Assembly: GCA_018819405.1 (NCBI GenBank)
Contig: JAHJQF010000001.1
Coordinates: 162,097 to 226,096 of the forward strand
Origin: Patescibacteria group bacterium
Lineage (GTDB): Bacteria; Patescibacteriota; Patescibacteriia; UBA1558; GWA2-36-10
DNA length: 64,000 bases
Reading direction: 5' to 3'
A program made the position numbers and the translations under genes. The notes under the pieces were generated by a model. It ran no database searches, was not told the origin of the DNA, and saw only the letters and a program-made list of their open reading frames with translations. Of this stretch, positions 10,054 through 19,459 are shown one piece after another (the stretch's first letter is position 1; every line of letters starts with the position of its first letter).

Positions 10054-10632
10054 TTATTTTTCTTTTAAAAATTTTAGTATTTTCTCCGTCAATTTATCAT
10101 CAGGTAAGACTGAAGCATTTACAATCAGGTATTCCAATCGGCTTTTTTTGATTATTTCCATATAAGCCTGCTGTTGCCTAATATAATCTATTGGCTTTTG
10201 AGCAATTTTATTATAATGAGGATAAAGATTAAGTCTGTCGGTCAATCTCTTTTTTATCAAATCTTGATCTTCATCAAAAGTAACTAAAACAATCTTGGCC
10301 TTTATATTTTCTAATCTTTTTTCAATATCTGAAAAATCAAAATCCTGATTATTATATATTTTTTGATAGACCGCTTCTGTCAGATGGAATTTTTCTACCA
10401 TTACATTGGTATTATTTATTTCTTCCAAAAGCTCTAGGTACTTAAGTATAACACTTTTACCAAAACGGGTACCATACAATCCGACATCACAATTAAACCA
10501 ATGACAACCATCTAATATTTTACCGCCACTGTTATACTTTGGCTCCAAAAAATTGTAAACCCGGCTCATCAGATAGCTTTTGCCGGCCAATTCTGGTCCC
10601 TCAAATATTATATTATGTTTTGGTTTATCCAT
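10054..10632 (-). CDS. P-loop kinase of unknown substrate (deoxynucleoside/NMP kinase-like fold)
   Basis: Walker A 'FEGPELAGKSYL'. The 192-aa protein overlaps its neighbours by a few nt (translational coupling) inside the glycogen operon. Confidence 0.4.
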   Translation of the reverse strand: MDKPKHNIIFEGPELAGKSYLMSRVYNFLEPKYNSGGKILDGCHWFNCDVGLYGTRFGKSVILKYLELLEEINNTNVMVEKFHLTEAVYQKIYNNQDFDFSDIEKRLENIKAKIVLVTFDEDQDLIKKRLTDRLNLYPHYNKIAQKPIDYIRQQQAYMEIIKKSRLEYLIVNASVLPDDKLTEKILKFLKEK

Positions 10633-11707
10633 GGTGATACAAATTAATATTTCTATTGTTTTCTCTGGCCAGCTTCAAATGATTTATTGAATCCTCCAAC
10701 AAATCATCAATCGGATTTTCAATATCTTTCATATAAAAAAGAAATACCGCCGTACGAAGAGCCGTCCAACTCTGATATAGATTGATACGATTTATAAATT
10801 GTATATCAATCTGCTCAAAATCCTGCTCAAAATAACTTTCTACAAAATATTTTTTATATTCATTCATTTCCTTACGGGACAAAAAATTATGCCCCATAAA
10901 ATCCAGCTGCTGCAAAAAAGTACCCAAGTCCATCATTGGATCTCCCAAAGCAATATCAGTAAAATCTATCATCTCCAAATCCTTGGCCTCTAAACTCTTT
11001 ATCACTACATTTTCTGGGTGGTAATCTCCATAAATAATTGTCTTTTTTATGGTTTTATCATAGGCTTTTTTTGTTTTGGCCATATCCTTTACCAGCTTAT
11101 CAACCAGCTTGCCCTGACGCTTGTCAGTCAATAAAAAATCGCCCACAAAATGATTTGGTGATGGTACCATGTCATAAATATCAAAAATCGGCCATTTAAA
11201 ATTTGCCTTAAATTCTGTCTGGTGGAGTTTTTTAGCCCAACCAGCAATGAGTTTGAGCGAATGAGATAAATCAGCTTTAGGATTTTCAGTAAAAAAATAA
11301 AAAAAACTTCTACCTGGTGATGACTCATAAAAAAATGCTTTTTGTTCTGACAAGAAAAACAAAGGTTTAGTCACTCGAAATTGGCCTTTATCAAACCCAT
11401 GCTTGTACAAAGCCTTTGTTTTTTGGTAGGCTCCTTTTCTAGATCCGTCAGAATGCGCTGAGGCGAAAATATCTAAATTTTTCGTTTTGCCATGTTTATC
11501 CAAATATTTTATTTTGAACTCTACCACAAAAACTGCGCTAGTTACCCCCAGATGTCTTTTATAAGGATCTGAACTGATACTCAACATTGTTTTGAAATCA
11601 GGATAATATTTTGGTAAGTGCTGCCTAAATATTCCTTCGACAAAATCATGATCCACTAATCTGGCAATTTTTGCCTTGGATTTTTCTGATAATGCTCTTC
11701 TTTTCAT
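10625..11707 (-). CDS. APH/choline-kinase-like phosphotransferase (protein-kinase-like fold; candidate sugar kinase such as maltokinase)
   Basis: Brenner motif 'YGDYHPENVVI' and DFG-like 'IDFTDIALGDPMMDLG'. It sits between the GH57 gene and glgA. Confidence 0.55.
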   Translation of the reverse strand: MKRRALSEKSKAKIARLVDHDFVEGIFRQHLPKYYPDFKTMLSISSDPYKRHLGVTSAVFVVEFKIKYLDKHGKTKNLDIFASAHSDGSRKGAYQKTKALYKHGFDKGQFRVTKPLFFLSEQKAFFYESSPGRSFFYFFTENPKADLSHSLKLIAGWAKKLHQTEFKANFKWPIFDIYDMVPSPNHFVGDFLLTDKRQGKLVDKLVKDMAKTKKAYDKTIKKTIIYGDYHPENVVIKSLEAKDLEMIDFTDIALGDPMMDLGTFLQQLDFMGHNFLSRKEMNEYKKYFVESYFEQDFEQIDIQFINRINLYQSWTALRTAVFLFYMKDIENPIDDLLEDSINHLKLARENNRNINLYHHG

Positions 11708-11727
11708 ATCTTTACTACTCTAAAGTA

Positions 11728-12924
11728 TTATTTATGATACTTACGCCAGTGATCCAGCCAAGTATTCTTTTTTATATCAATATAAATTTTTTCTGCCCGT
11801 ATCTTTTCCTGATAACTAGCCTTAGATAGGGATCTGACAGCCTTAATAAGCTCCTCTGATCCATTGTCTATCATATCTGGGTTCCAGGTCAGTGGAGAAA
11901 AATCAGACGGTCTCTGAGCTGATGCCCACCAAAAAGTACAAGATGATTGTCCTCTGTCTAAATGTCTTCTGGCCCAATTCCAATTTTTGTCTTTTTTATA
12001 TTTATTTACCAGCTCAGTAGCCAAATCAACCAGACTCCACAATGACTTATGTATTTTATTTTTTGGACTATTCCACAAAGCATAAGGATTTTTCTTTTTC
12101 AACTCCTCCTCACTACTCTCCCAAGAGCCCGCTCTGAGCTCTATCCTTTTCTTTTCTTTTAATTTTTTTAAATACTGACCAACGGTTTCTACTCTCAAAT
12201 TTTTGTTGGCCATTATTTTTTCAATATGTCCCTGCCAATCCTGATGAAAGTGCCCATATATTTCTCCATCTGTACCCGTAATAATAGTGCCTTTTTCTAG
12301 ATTATTTAATTTATGAAAAATTATTTCAGCTGGGTAGCTTTTTGATATTTGCCTATCTCTAAAAACAACCTTTAAGCCTGTCTTATGATGTATATAAAGA
12401 AAATTATTATCTACTTTAGCTTTGTAGCAAATCGGATCCAAAATAATCCACTCAAATCCTTGTTTTTTTACTACTTTAGCCACCGTATCAGAGTAAGCCA
12501 TTTCTGGCATATAAAAACCTTTAATCTTTTTTTTATCAAAATACTGAGAAAGTATTTGTTTGTTCAGTTCAATCTGTCTTCTTATTTCTTTTTCTGACAA
12601 CATTGGCAAAAGAGCATGATATTTTGAACTACCAGTCAGCTCAATTTGATTATTTTTTACCAAAGCTTGCAGACGTTTTAAAATATCAGGATGGGCGTCT
12701 TCCAACTGCTCCACCAAATTACCAGAAATATTCAAACTAGCTTTGAATTTTGAATATTTTTCAAACAAAGAAAGCAAATACTCATAGCTTTCATTAGACA
12801 CTTGCTCTAAAATACCTTTATCTTGCCAGGGTGGTTGATAAATATGGAGAAAATTTACCCAATTTATTTTACCCGGCAACTTTTTATTATTAATTTTATT
12901 CATAAATCCACTTCCCAACACCAA
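11728..12924 (-). CDS. GH57-family alpha-glucan-active enzyme (small, 398 aa)
   Basis: Counterparts of GH57 conserved regions are present: 'FLHIYQPP' (region 1, HQP), 'NQIELTGSSKYHALLP' (region 2), 'GFYMPEMAY' (nucleophile Glu) and 'TGTDGEIYGHF' (acid/base Asp). Confidence 0.55.
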   Translation of the reverse strand: MVLGSGFMNKINNKKLPGKINWVNFLHIYQPPWQDKGILEQVSNESYEYLLSLFEKYSKFKASLNISGNLVEQLEDAHPDILKRLQALVKNNQIELTGSSKYHALLPMLSEKEIRRQIELNKQILSQYFDKKKIKGFYMPEMAYSDTVAKVVKKQGFEWIILDPICYKAKVDNNFLYIHHKTGLKVVFRDRQISKSYPAEIIFHKLNNLEKGTIITGTDGEIYGHFHQDWQGHIEKIMANKNLRVETVGQYLKKLKEKKRIELRAGSWESSEEELKKKNPYALWNSPKNKIHKSLWSLVDLATELVNKYKKDKNWNWARRHLDRGQSSCTFWWASAQRPSDFSPLTWNPDMIDNGSEELIKAVRSLSKASYQEKIRAEKIYIDIKKNTWLDHWRKYHK

Positions 12925-12937
12925 GAAGGCGTTGGAT

Positions 12938-14422
12938 TTATTTGATATTTTTTTTCTTAAATTTTATTGCTTCTTTGTACAAATCCTCATAACGTCTAGC
13001 CGGCAAGTCCCAAGAAAAAGATGGTTTCATACCACGACAGACCAAATCTCGCCAGACTTTTTTGTACTTGTATGTTTCAAGAGCTCTAGTGATTGCCACC
13101 AAAAACTCATTGGCATTATAATTTTTGAAAGTAAAACCATTGCCAGTATTTGTCTCTGGTTCAAAATTATCCACTGTATCACTCAAACCGCCCGTAGACC
13201 TGACAATCGGCACACAACCATAACGAAAGCTCTTCATCTGATTAATACCGCATGGCTCATGATGAGATGGCAAAAGAAGCATGTCTGCTCCAGCGTAAAC
13301 CTGTGTCTCGTATTTTTGATTCTTTTCATGAGAGGGAATTACAGCCAGCTTTTCCGGATATTTTTTGGCTACTTTTTTAAGCTCTTTGATAAAATCCTTA
13401 TCGCCACTACCAATTACCACTAGTTGCATATCAAAATGCATCAACTGAGGTATTATTTTTATCAATAAATCAAAACCTTTTTGAAAAGCTACGCGTGAAG
13501 TAGTACACAGTAAAGGGATCTCTTCATTAATTGGCAACTTAAAAAGCTTTTGGACAAATTTTTTATTTTCTTTCTTTCTTTTTATATTGCGATGATCATA
13601 ATTTTTAAAAATACTCTTGTCGTTTTTTGGATTGAATTCTTTATTATCAATGCCATTTACCACACCATATAGCTTGTGCTTTCGGTTGGTGAGAATCCTA
13701 TGCAAATCTTGGCCAAAATTTTTATTTAATATTTCTTCTGCATAAGTTTCTGAAACCGTATTGATGACATCGGCGCTTAATATACCTCTTTTGGCAAAAT
13801 TTATGTATTCAATATCAGGGTCATTAAACAAAGGCAAGGCTCCCTTGCCGTTATCTTTATGCTTTAGTGGTACTTCCCACCAATTCATACCAAGCTGAAA
13901 TACCAAATTATGAATAGTATAGACTGTAGCGGCATTGACCAAAGTCTGACTTTTTTTGAATCTAGTATTTTTTAAAAGTGGGATCAGTCCTGTCTGCCAA
14001 TCATGACAATGTATAATATCTGCTTTGAATTTTAAAAGAGAAATAAGCTTGAGGGCTGCAACTTGGAAAAGATAAAAACGAGTATTTTCATGATTGGATC
14101 CATAGACAGTGCTACGTCTGGAAAAATATTTGTCATTCCTGACAAAATAAACTTTCAAACCGGGCAAAAGCTCAGTACGATAATAGCTAACCTTTAGTTC
14201 ATTTTCTTTATCAATATAAAGATTGACATCATTATATATTTTTTCCAGTTTATACTTTTCTCTATCTATTATCTTTTTATAAAATGGGGTAATTATAATA
14301 ACATCATGACCCAAACGAAAAAGTGATTTGGGCAGTGACCTAGCAACATCGGCCAATCCACCTGTCTTGGAATATGGATCAACTTCTGAAGCAATTGATA
14401 CAATTTTTAAGCTTTTAGACAT
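12938..14422 (-). CDS. glgA: Glycogen synthase paralog (GT5, GlgA-like)
   Basis: 'IASEVDPYSKTGGLADVARSLPKSL' is a K-T-G-G-L signature; 494 aa. This is the second copy in the same operon. Confidence 0.8.
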   Translation of the reverse strand: MSKSLKIVSIASEVDPYSKTGGLADVARSLPKSLFRLGHDVIIITPFYKKIIDREKYKLEKIYNDVNLYIDKENELKVSYYRTELLPGLKVYFVRNDKYFSRRSTVYGSNHENTRFYLFQVAALKLISLLKFKADIIHCHDWQTGLIPLLKNTRFKKSQTLVNAATVYTIHNLVFQLGMNWWEVPLKHKDNGKGALPLFNDPDIEYINFAKRGILSADVINTVSETYAEEILNKNFGQDLHRILTNRKHKLYGVVNGIDNKEFNPKNDKSIFKNYDHRNIKRKKENKKFVQKLFKLPINEEIPLLCTTSRVAFQKGFDLLIKIIPQLMHFDMQLVVIGSGDKDFIKELKKVAKKYPEKLAVIPSHEKNQKYETQVYAGADMLLLPSHHEPCGINQMKSFRYGCVPIVRSTGGLSDTVDNFEPETNTGNGFTFKNYNANEFLVAITRALETYKYKKVWRDLVCRGMKPSFSWDLPARRYEDLYKEAIKFKKKNIK

Positions 14423-14916
14423 TAGGCTAATTTTTTATTAAAAAATGAAGCGCAGATAGCAATAGCCAAAGCATCGGCAGCATCATCGGAACGCGGTACT
14501 GCACTTAAGCTTAAAATAGTTTTGACCATCAACCCTACTTGCTGTTTGCTGGCACTGCCATTTGAGCAAACGGCTTGTTTTACCTGCAAAGGGGTAAACT
14601 CCAATATTTCTCTTTTATTTTGATAAATAGCCAACATCAATACTCCTCTGGCCTGGCCAACATCTAACGCTGTCTTGGCATTTTTGGCAAAATATAATTT
14701 TTCTACGGCTATTATATCCGGCTTATACTTTTTTATTAATTTTGAGACTTCTTTATAAATATCATCCAAGCGTTCAGGTAATTTTTTTCTTTTATCTGTC
14801 TGGATGCTACCCGTAGTCAAAAATTTTAGCTGATTGCCATTTTTTGAAATCACCCCAAATCCCGTATCAGCAATTCCTGGATCAAGCCCTAAAATAATTT
14901 TTTCAACCTGAGCCAT
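14422..14916 (-). CDS. ruvC: Holliday junction resolvase RuvC
   Basis: 'ILGLDPGIADTGFGVI' RuvC N-terminal catalytic motif; 164 aa. Confidence 0.85.
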   Translation of the reverse strand: MAQVEKIILGLDPGIADTGFGVISKNGNQLKFLTTGSIQTDKRKKLPERLDDIYKEVSKLIKKYKPDIIAVEKLYFAKNAKTALDVGQARGVLMLAIYQNKREILEFTPLQVKQAVCSNGSASKQQVGLMVKTILSLSAVPRSDDAADALAIAICASFFNKKLA

Positions 14917-15620
14917 TAGATACTTGCGTTAGTATAAATATTGTTTACATCATCATCATCGTCTAAATCATCAAATAACTTGATGAGTTTTTCATCGTCT
15001 TCTGGGTCTATTTTTTCTTTGGCTAGATATACCATGTCTGACGACTGTATTGTAAAAAAATTCGTCTGGAGTTTATTTTTGACATTTTCCAAATCATCAA
15101 TGGGACAAATAACCTTTACTTTATCCTCTACCACAATATCTTCTGCACCAGCTTCTATCACCTTGAGTTCTTCTTCCTCGCTCAACTTTTCTTTATCCAA
15201 AATTATTTCCCCTTTTATCTCAAACATCCATTGGACACTACCACTGCTACCCAAATTACCTCCGTGTTTGGATAAAATGTGCTTTATATTTGATACAGTC
15301 CTATTTTTATTGTCAGTTAATACTTCTATTATCAAGGCTACTCCTCCTGGTCCAAAACCTTCATACAACAAACTCTCAATCTGGGCACCCTCACCATCAC
15401 CGCTGCCTTTTTTGACCGCTCTTTCTATATTTTCTTTTGGCATAGAATAAGCCTTGGCCTTATCAATGGCCATCCTTAGCTTAAAATTGCTGTCTGGGTC
15501 AGCACCAGCTCTAGCCGCTACGCTAATATTTTTGGAAAGCTTAGTAAAAAGATTACTCCTTTTGGCATCCTTAGTCTCCTTAGCTCTCTTAGTTGTCGCC
15601 CACTTGCTGTGTCCACTCAT
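14916..15620 (-). CDS. yebC: YebC/PmpR family DNA-binding regulator
   Basis: 'MSGHSKWATTKRAKE' is the canonical YebC N-terminus. Confidence 0.85.
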   Translation of the reverse strand: MSGHSKWATTKRAKETKDAKRSNLFTKLSKNISVAARAGADPDSNFKLRMAIDKAKAYSMPKENIERAVKKGSGDGEGAQIESLLYEGFGPGGVALIIEVLTDNKNRTVSNIKHILSKHGGNLGSSGSVQWMFEIKGEIILDKEKLSEEEELKVIEAGAEDIVVEDKVKVICPIDDLENVKNKLQTNFFTIQSSDMVYLAKEKIDPEDDEKLIKLFDDLDDDDDVNNIYTNASI

Positions 15621-15840
15621 AAAAAATAAAAATTAGCCCTTTTTCTTGTATTATCTTACCAATTTTAAAGTAAAAAATCAATGGTAAATAACACAGACAA
15701 ATTAAGTCATTTTTTCCACTTGACGGAAAAGCAAATAAATAATAAGCTACTAATATCACCATTGATCAAGAATCCCCGCGTCCGTGCCTGGCGGGGATTT
15801 TTGTTTTACATAATTACTACTACCCGCGTCATTTTTTGAC

Positions 15841-15870
15841 GGAAAAAATGACGCGGGGTAAAATATAGCT
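15841..15870 (+). promoter_or_regulatory. Sigma70-like promoter TTGACG-N17-TAAAAT ending 6 nt before the ATG of the 15871 gene, giving a near-leaderless mRNA. It is embedded in a 35-nt palindrome at 15832-15866.
   Basis: 'cccgcgtcattttTTGACGgaaaaaatgacgcggggTAAAATatagctATG' has perfect 15-nt arms with the -35 in the centre. A paralogous element lies at 39964-40005. Confidence 0.45.
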
Positions 15871-17451
15871 ATGACTAAATTAATGAAAAAAATAACCGCT
15901 TGGAAAATTGATTATCTATTTCTATTTATCCTAATGTCTGTCTATTACTCCTGGATACAATGGAATAATTTTATAGGGGATCCAGACGGATTTTATCACG
16001 CCAAACTGGCCATTTGGTTAAGACAGGGTCATTTTATACAATCCTTGCCTTGGATGCAATTTTCCACACTACGTGATTCATTTACTGACCATCATCTACT
16101 CTATCATATATTACTGGCTCCATTTACTTATATACCCAACCCCCTGGTGGGTGTAAAAATCGCCACGGTTGTTTTTGCCGTTTTGATGGTCATGACTTTT
16201 TATTGGCTACTAAAAAGAATGAAAATTATCTGGCCAATAGCTTTTGCTTTGGCCTTTCTTACTTTAAATGGACTTAACTTTAGGATATCTTTGGTCAAAG
16301 CAAATAGTCTATCGCTGCTCATAATATGGCTTTTAATCTATGCCCTGTTCAACAAAAAAATATGGTTGAGTATGCTTTTGAGTTGGCTCTTTGTCTGGTT
16401 ATATGGTGGCTGGCCTTTGGCTATCTTGATATTAATTACTTATATAGTAAGTGAAAAAATATACACGCGCATTCATAGTAATAGAGTCAAAATATTTTGG
16501 GATAAAGCTATTCATTTTTTTGAAACAGACAGTAAGCACAAAACCCTAAAAATATCTACAGCTCTACTGACTGGATTAGCCTTGGGTGTAATCATTAATC
16601 CATATTGGCCACAGAACCTTTACTTCTATTATCAACAAGTCATCCAGATCGGATTGATAAATCAGGGACAAAATTTTGTCGTGGGCGGAGAGTGGTATGG
16701 TACCAGTATAATGAATATCATATCATCAGCTCCTCATGTTTTTGTCCTAGCCTGCCTATCTTTTCTGACCTTATTTTTTAATGTAAAGAAAGCCTCGCGA
16801 CTTAGTTGGTTTAGTTTTATATTAGTTTTTGGTTTTATGATACTAACTATAAAATCTAGGCGATATGTAGAATATTATATGCCCTTTGCTTTACTATTTA
16901 CCGCTAGCTCAATTACTGACTTAAAAGATTTTATAAAATTGGACAAAGTTATATCTATCTGGGAAAAACTTGGTCTTAACTTAAAAATATATTTATCAGT
17001 AGTTGCCATGGTCTTTTTTACTATGGTAATGCCCTCTATCTATGACCGTATTTTAAATGTAAAATTATCCGATAGCTGGACAATGGACAAATTTTTGCCT
17101 GCCACCAACTGGCTAGCTGAGAATACCCCACCTGATTCTATAGTTTTTCACAGTGATTGGGATGAATGGCCTGTTTTATTCTATCACAATGACCACAATT
17201 ATTATTTGATAGGCCTAGACCCAACTTTTATGGAAAATTATAATAGCCAGCTACACAAAACATACCGAGATATTACAAACGGTGAAACTAAATTTTCTGT
17301 GGCCAAACAAATAAAAAATTATTTTGGTGCTAATTATATTTTTGTAGATAAAAACGGCCATCAGGCCTTTATTGATAATCTTTCCCGAGATAAAGATGTA
17401 GAGCTTATGTTCAACGATAACGATAGTTCAATCTATAAAATAAATCTATAA
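15871..17451 (+). CDS. Polytopic membrane protein, putative GT-C-fold glycosyltransferase (PMT/ArnT-like)
   Basis: More than 10 predicted TM helices, and a first-loop acidic motif 'GDPDGFYHAK' reminiscent of the GT-C DxD/DE motif. Confidence 0.35.
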   Translation: MTKLMKKITAWKIDYLFLFILMSVYYSWIQWNNFIGDPDGFYHAKLAIWLRQGHFIQSLPWMQFSTLRDSFTDHHLLYHILLAPFTYIPNPLVGVKIATVVFAVLMVMTFYWLLKRMKIIWPIAFALAFLTLNGLNFRISLVKANSLSLLIIWLLIYALFNKKIWLSMLLSWLFVWLYGGWPLAILILITYIVSEKIYTRIHSNRVKIFWDKAIHFFETDSKHKTLKISTALLTGLALGVIINPYWPQNLYFYYQQVIQIGLINQGQNFVVGGEWYGTSIMNIISSAPHVFVLACLSFLTLFFNVKKASRLSWFSFILVFGFMILTIKSRRYVEYYMPFALLFTASSITDLKDFIKLDKVISIWEKLGLNLKIYLSVVAMVFFTMVMPSIYDRILNVKLSDSWTMDKFLPATNWLAENTPPDSIVFHSDWDEWPVLFYHNDHNYYLIGLDPTFMENYNSQLHKTYRDITNGETKFSVAKQIKNYFGANYIFVDKNGHQAFIDNLSRDKDVELMFNDNDSSIYKINL

Positions 17452-19320
17452 ATCTAGGTATATTATTTTACTAAGTGCTTCGGTCTTCATATCAAAGAAG
17501 GACGACCTCTTTTTGTCTAGAACACTTACACCGTCAAAAGCAAATATCTGAAAAGATTTTATACGATCTTCTAGATAATAAAAAAATATCATCTCTCTGT
17601 CCTGCCATTGACTGTCCGGAAATAATCCATAGTCAATAGGCAGGTCATAGCTATCATCGTCTGTATAAAAACGTATTATATAATATTGTTTATTTAGATT
17701 TGTTGGTTTAAAAGTTAAGGCTAATTTCTTTCCCTTATCCTGAATAAATTCTGATTTTTTAAAAACTAATTGTCCCTGTGTTTTTGAGCTCTTTTGGCCT
17801 GTCTGATACAGTATTTTATTTTCTAGCTGAGGATTAATATCCCGTTTTTGCCACAATAATATATTGGCTTTTACTTCCACTAAATTATAATTTTCTAGCT
17901 TCTTTCGAAAAGGCTCTGGCAAATTTATCTCTACCTTATCTTTGGCCAATAGCCACTTGGAATCTTGCAAAATATCTATAGATTCTCCATAGTCAAGTAT
18001 TATATAATCCACCAAGGGCCAGTCAAAGCTATTTATATAAAATTGACTACGGCCGATATAAGCGTAGCTAAATGGATAGACTACCTGTCTTTGGCTTAGT
18101 TGGGGTAAAAGATTTAAACTAGCAATCACACTACTATCACGACCAACAGTCTTTAACATATCATAACGTACATTATTGATATTTTTATCAAAATTTGCAG
18201 CTAGGACATCTTTGACGGGAGATAAAAATATGGAAAAATAGACTACGGCTACCAAAAACATACCTACAAAAATATCTTTATTTTTATAAATAAAATTGCT
18301 AGCCAAAAAAATTTTTTTTTCCAAAAGTAACCTGACTGAAAAAATAAAAGCAATAAAAATGGCCGGCAAAAAAACCAAAACATAGTGTAGAGAATAGACT
18401 ATAGAATTAAAGCCTTGGGCTGCTAATACAAATTGAATCAGAGGCACAAAAGCCAACCAAAAATATTTTGGTTTTAAAATTGGAATAAAAAATAAGGTTA
18501 TCAATAAAACGAAAATGCTTCCTATATTTTGTATAGTAAAAATATGAGCAAAAACTTCTAGCAGCCAGGTCCAGGGATTTTTCCAGGCTTCTATTATCCA
18601 ACTATAATAAACTACAAACTTATACCCTTGGCCATCGGCTATATGACCAATAGCCAACATTGCTAAAATAAAATATAAAATTGGTACAAAAAATGCAGCC
18701 ATTTTCCACTTGAGACTACGCTTATCTAAAATAGCCAAAGGCAAAAATCCCAAAAGCATCAAGGCAATATCTTCTCTTACTAATAAAGATAAAATCATAA
18801 ACAATATAAACAGCCCAAAAAATTTCTTATAATAAAAATAAAAAGCAAAAAATATAAAAAATATTGCCAAAGGCAACATATGAAATTCAAAAAGATTAGC
18901 ATTATGGACAAAAGGATTGATGAGCCAAAGCAAAGATATAAATAAAGCTAAATGTTTCTTTCCTATAGCCAATTCGGCAATCAAATAAATTGGCCAGGCG
19001 CAAAGGGCAAGAATAAAACTCTGAATGACCAGTAATATTTCCGGACCGGGGTGTATGGCATAAAAAGGAATTAAAAAAATAATAGCCAAAGCAAAATGAT
19101 CTGCCAAGTAATTGTTTAGATTGATAGTCAGATCAAACCAACGCCCCTGTAAGGTATTAAAAAATACTTGGTTAAAAATCGCCAAATCAAAAACATTATA
19201 AGCAAAATTATAATATTTTTTTAAACTCAAAAAAGAGAATAATAAAATATATAAAATAATAAAACCAGTCAAAAAAATAGCTGCTTTGCTATCAATATAT
19301 CTTTTTAAAACTTTATACAT
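17446..19320 (-). CDS. DUF2079-like integral membrane protein with a C-terminal soluble domain
   Basis: 'NVFDLAIFNQVFFN' is typical of DUF2079; there are many TM helices. Confidence 0.4.
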   Translation of the reverse strand: MYKVLKRYIDSKAAIFLTGFIILYILLFSFLSLKKYYNFAYNVFDLAIFNQVFFNTLQGRWFDLTINLNNYLADHFALAIIFLIPFYAIHPGPEILLVIQSFILALCAWPIYLIAELAIGKKHLALFISLLWLINPFVHNANLFEFHMLPLAIFFIFFAFYFYYKKFFGLFILFMILSLLVREDIALMLLGFLPLAILDKRSLKWKMAAFFVPILYFILAMLAIGHIADGQGYKFVVYYSWIIEAWKNPWTWLLEVFAHIFTIQNIGSIFVLLITLFFIPILKPKYFWLAFVPLIQFVLAAQGFNSIVYSLHYVLVFLPAIFIAFIFSVRLLLEKKIFLASNFIYKNKDIFVGMFLVAVVYFSIFLSPVKDVLAANFDKNINNVRYDMLKTVGRDSSVIASLNLLPQLSQRQVVYPFSYAYIGRSQFYINSFDWPLVDYIILDYGESIDILQDSKWLLAKDKVEINLPEPFRKKLENYNLVEVKANILLWQKRDINPQLENKILYQTGQKSSKTQGQLVFKKSEFIQDKGKKLALTFKPTNLNKQYYIIRFYTDDDSYDLPIDYGLFPDSQWQDREMIFFYYLEDRIKSFQIFAFDGVSVLDKKRSSFFDMKTEALSKIIYLDL

Positions 19321-19365
19321 AAATATATTATATCATAAATAATCACATTTTTATCTTTATTAAGA

Positions 19366-19394
19366 TTGACAAAATAGCTATATTATGATATAAA
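19366..19394 (+). promoter_or_regulatory. Promoter TTGACA-N17-TATAAA for the GC-rich lipoprotein cassette
   Basis: Seen in sequence: TTGACA at 19366-19371 and TATAAA at 19389-19394. Confidence 0.5.
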
Positions 19395-19459
19395 AATATG
19401 ATGGTCAACAATGCCCTTACTAGGGCTTTAACCTTTGTTCCCTTTCGAAAGGACAAGTC

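Noticed and set aside
14941-15450. Plus-strand ORF of 169 aa (Ser-rich) inside yebC
   Set aside because: It is antisense to a conserved gene, and its low-complexity Ser/Leu composition is an artefact of the A+T-rich antisense strand.
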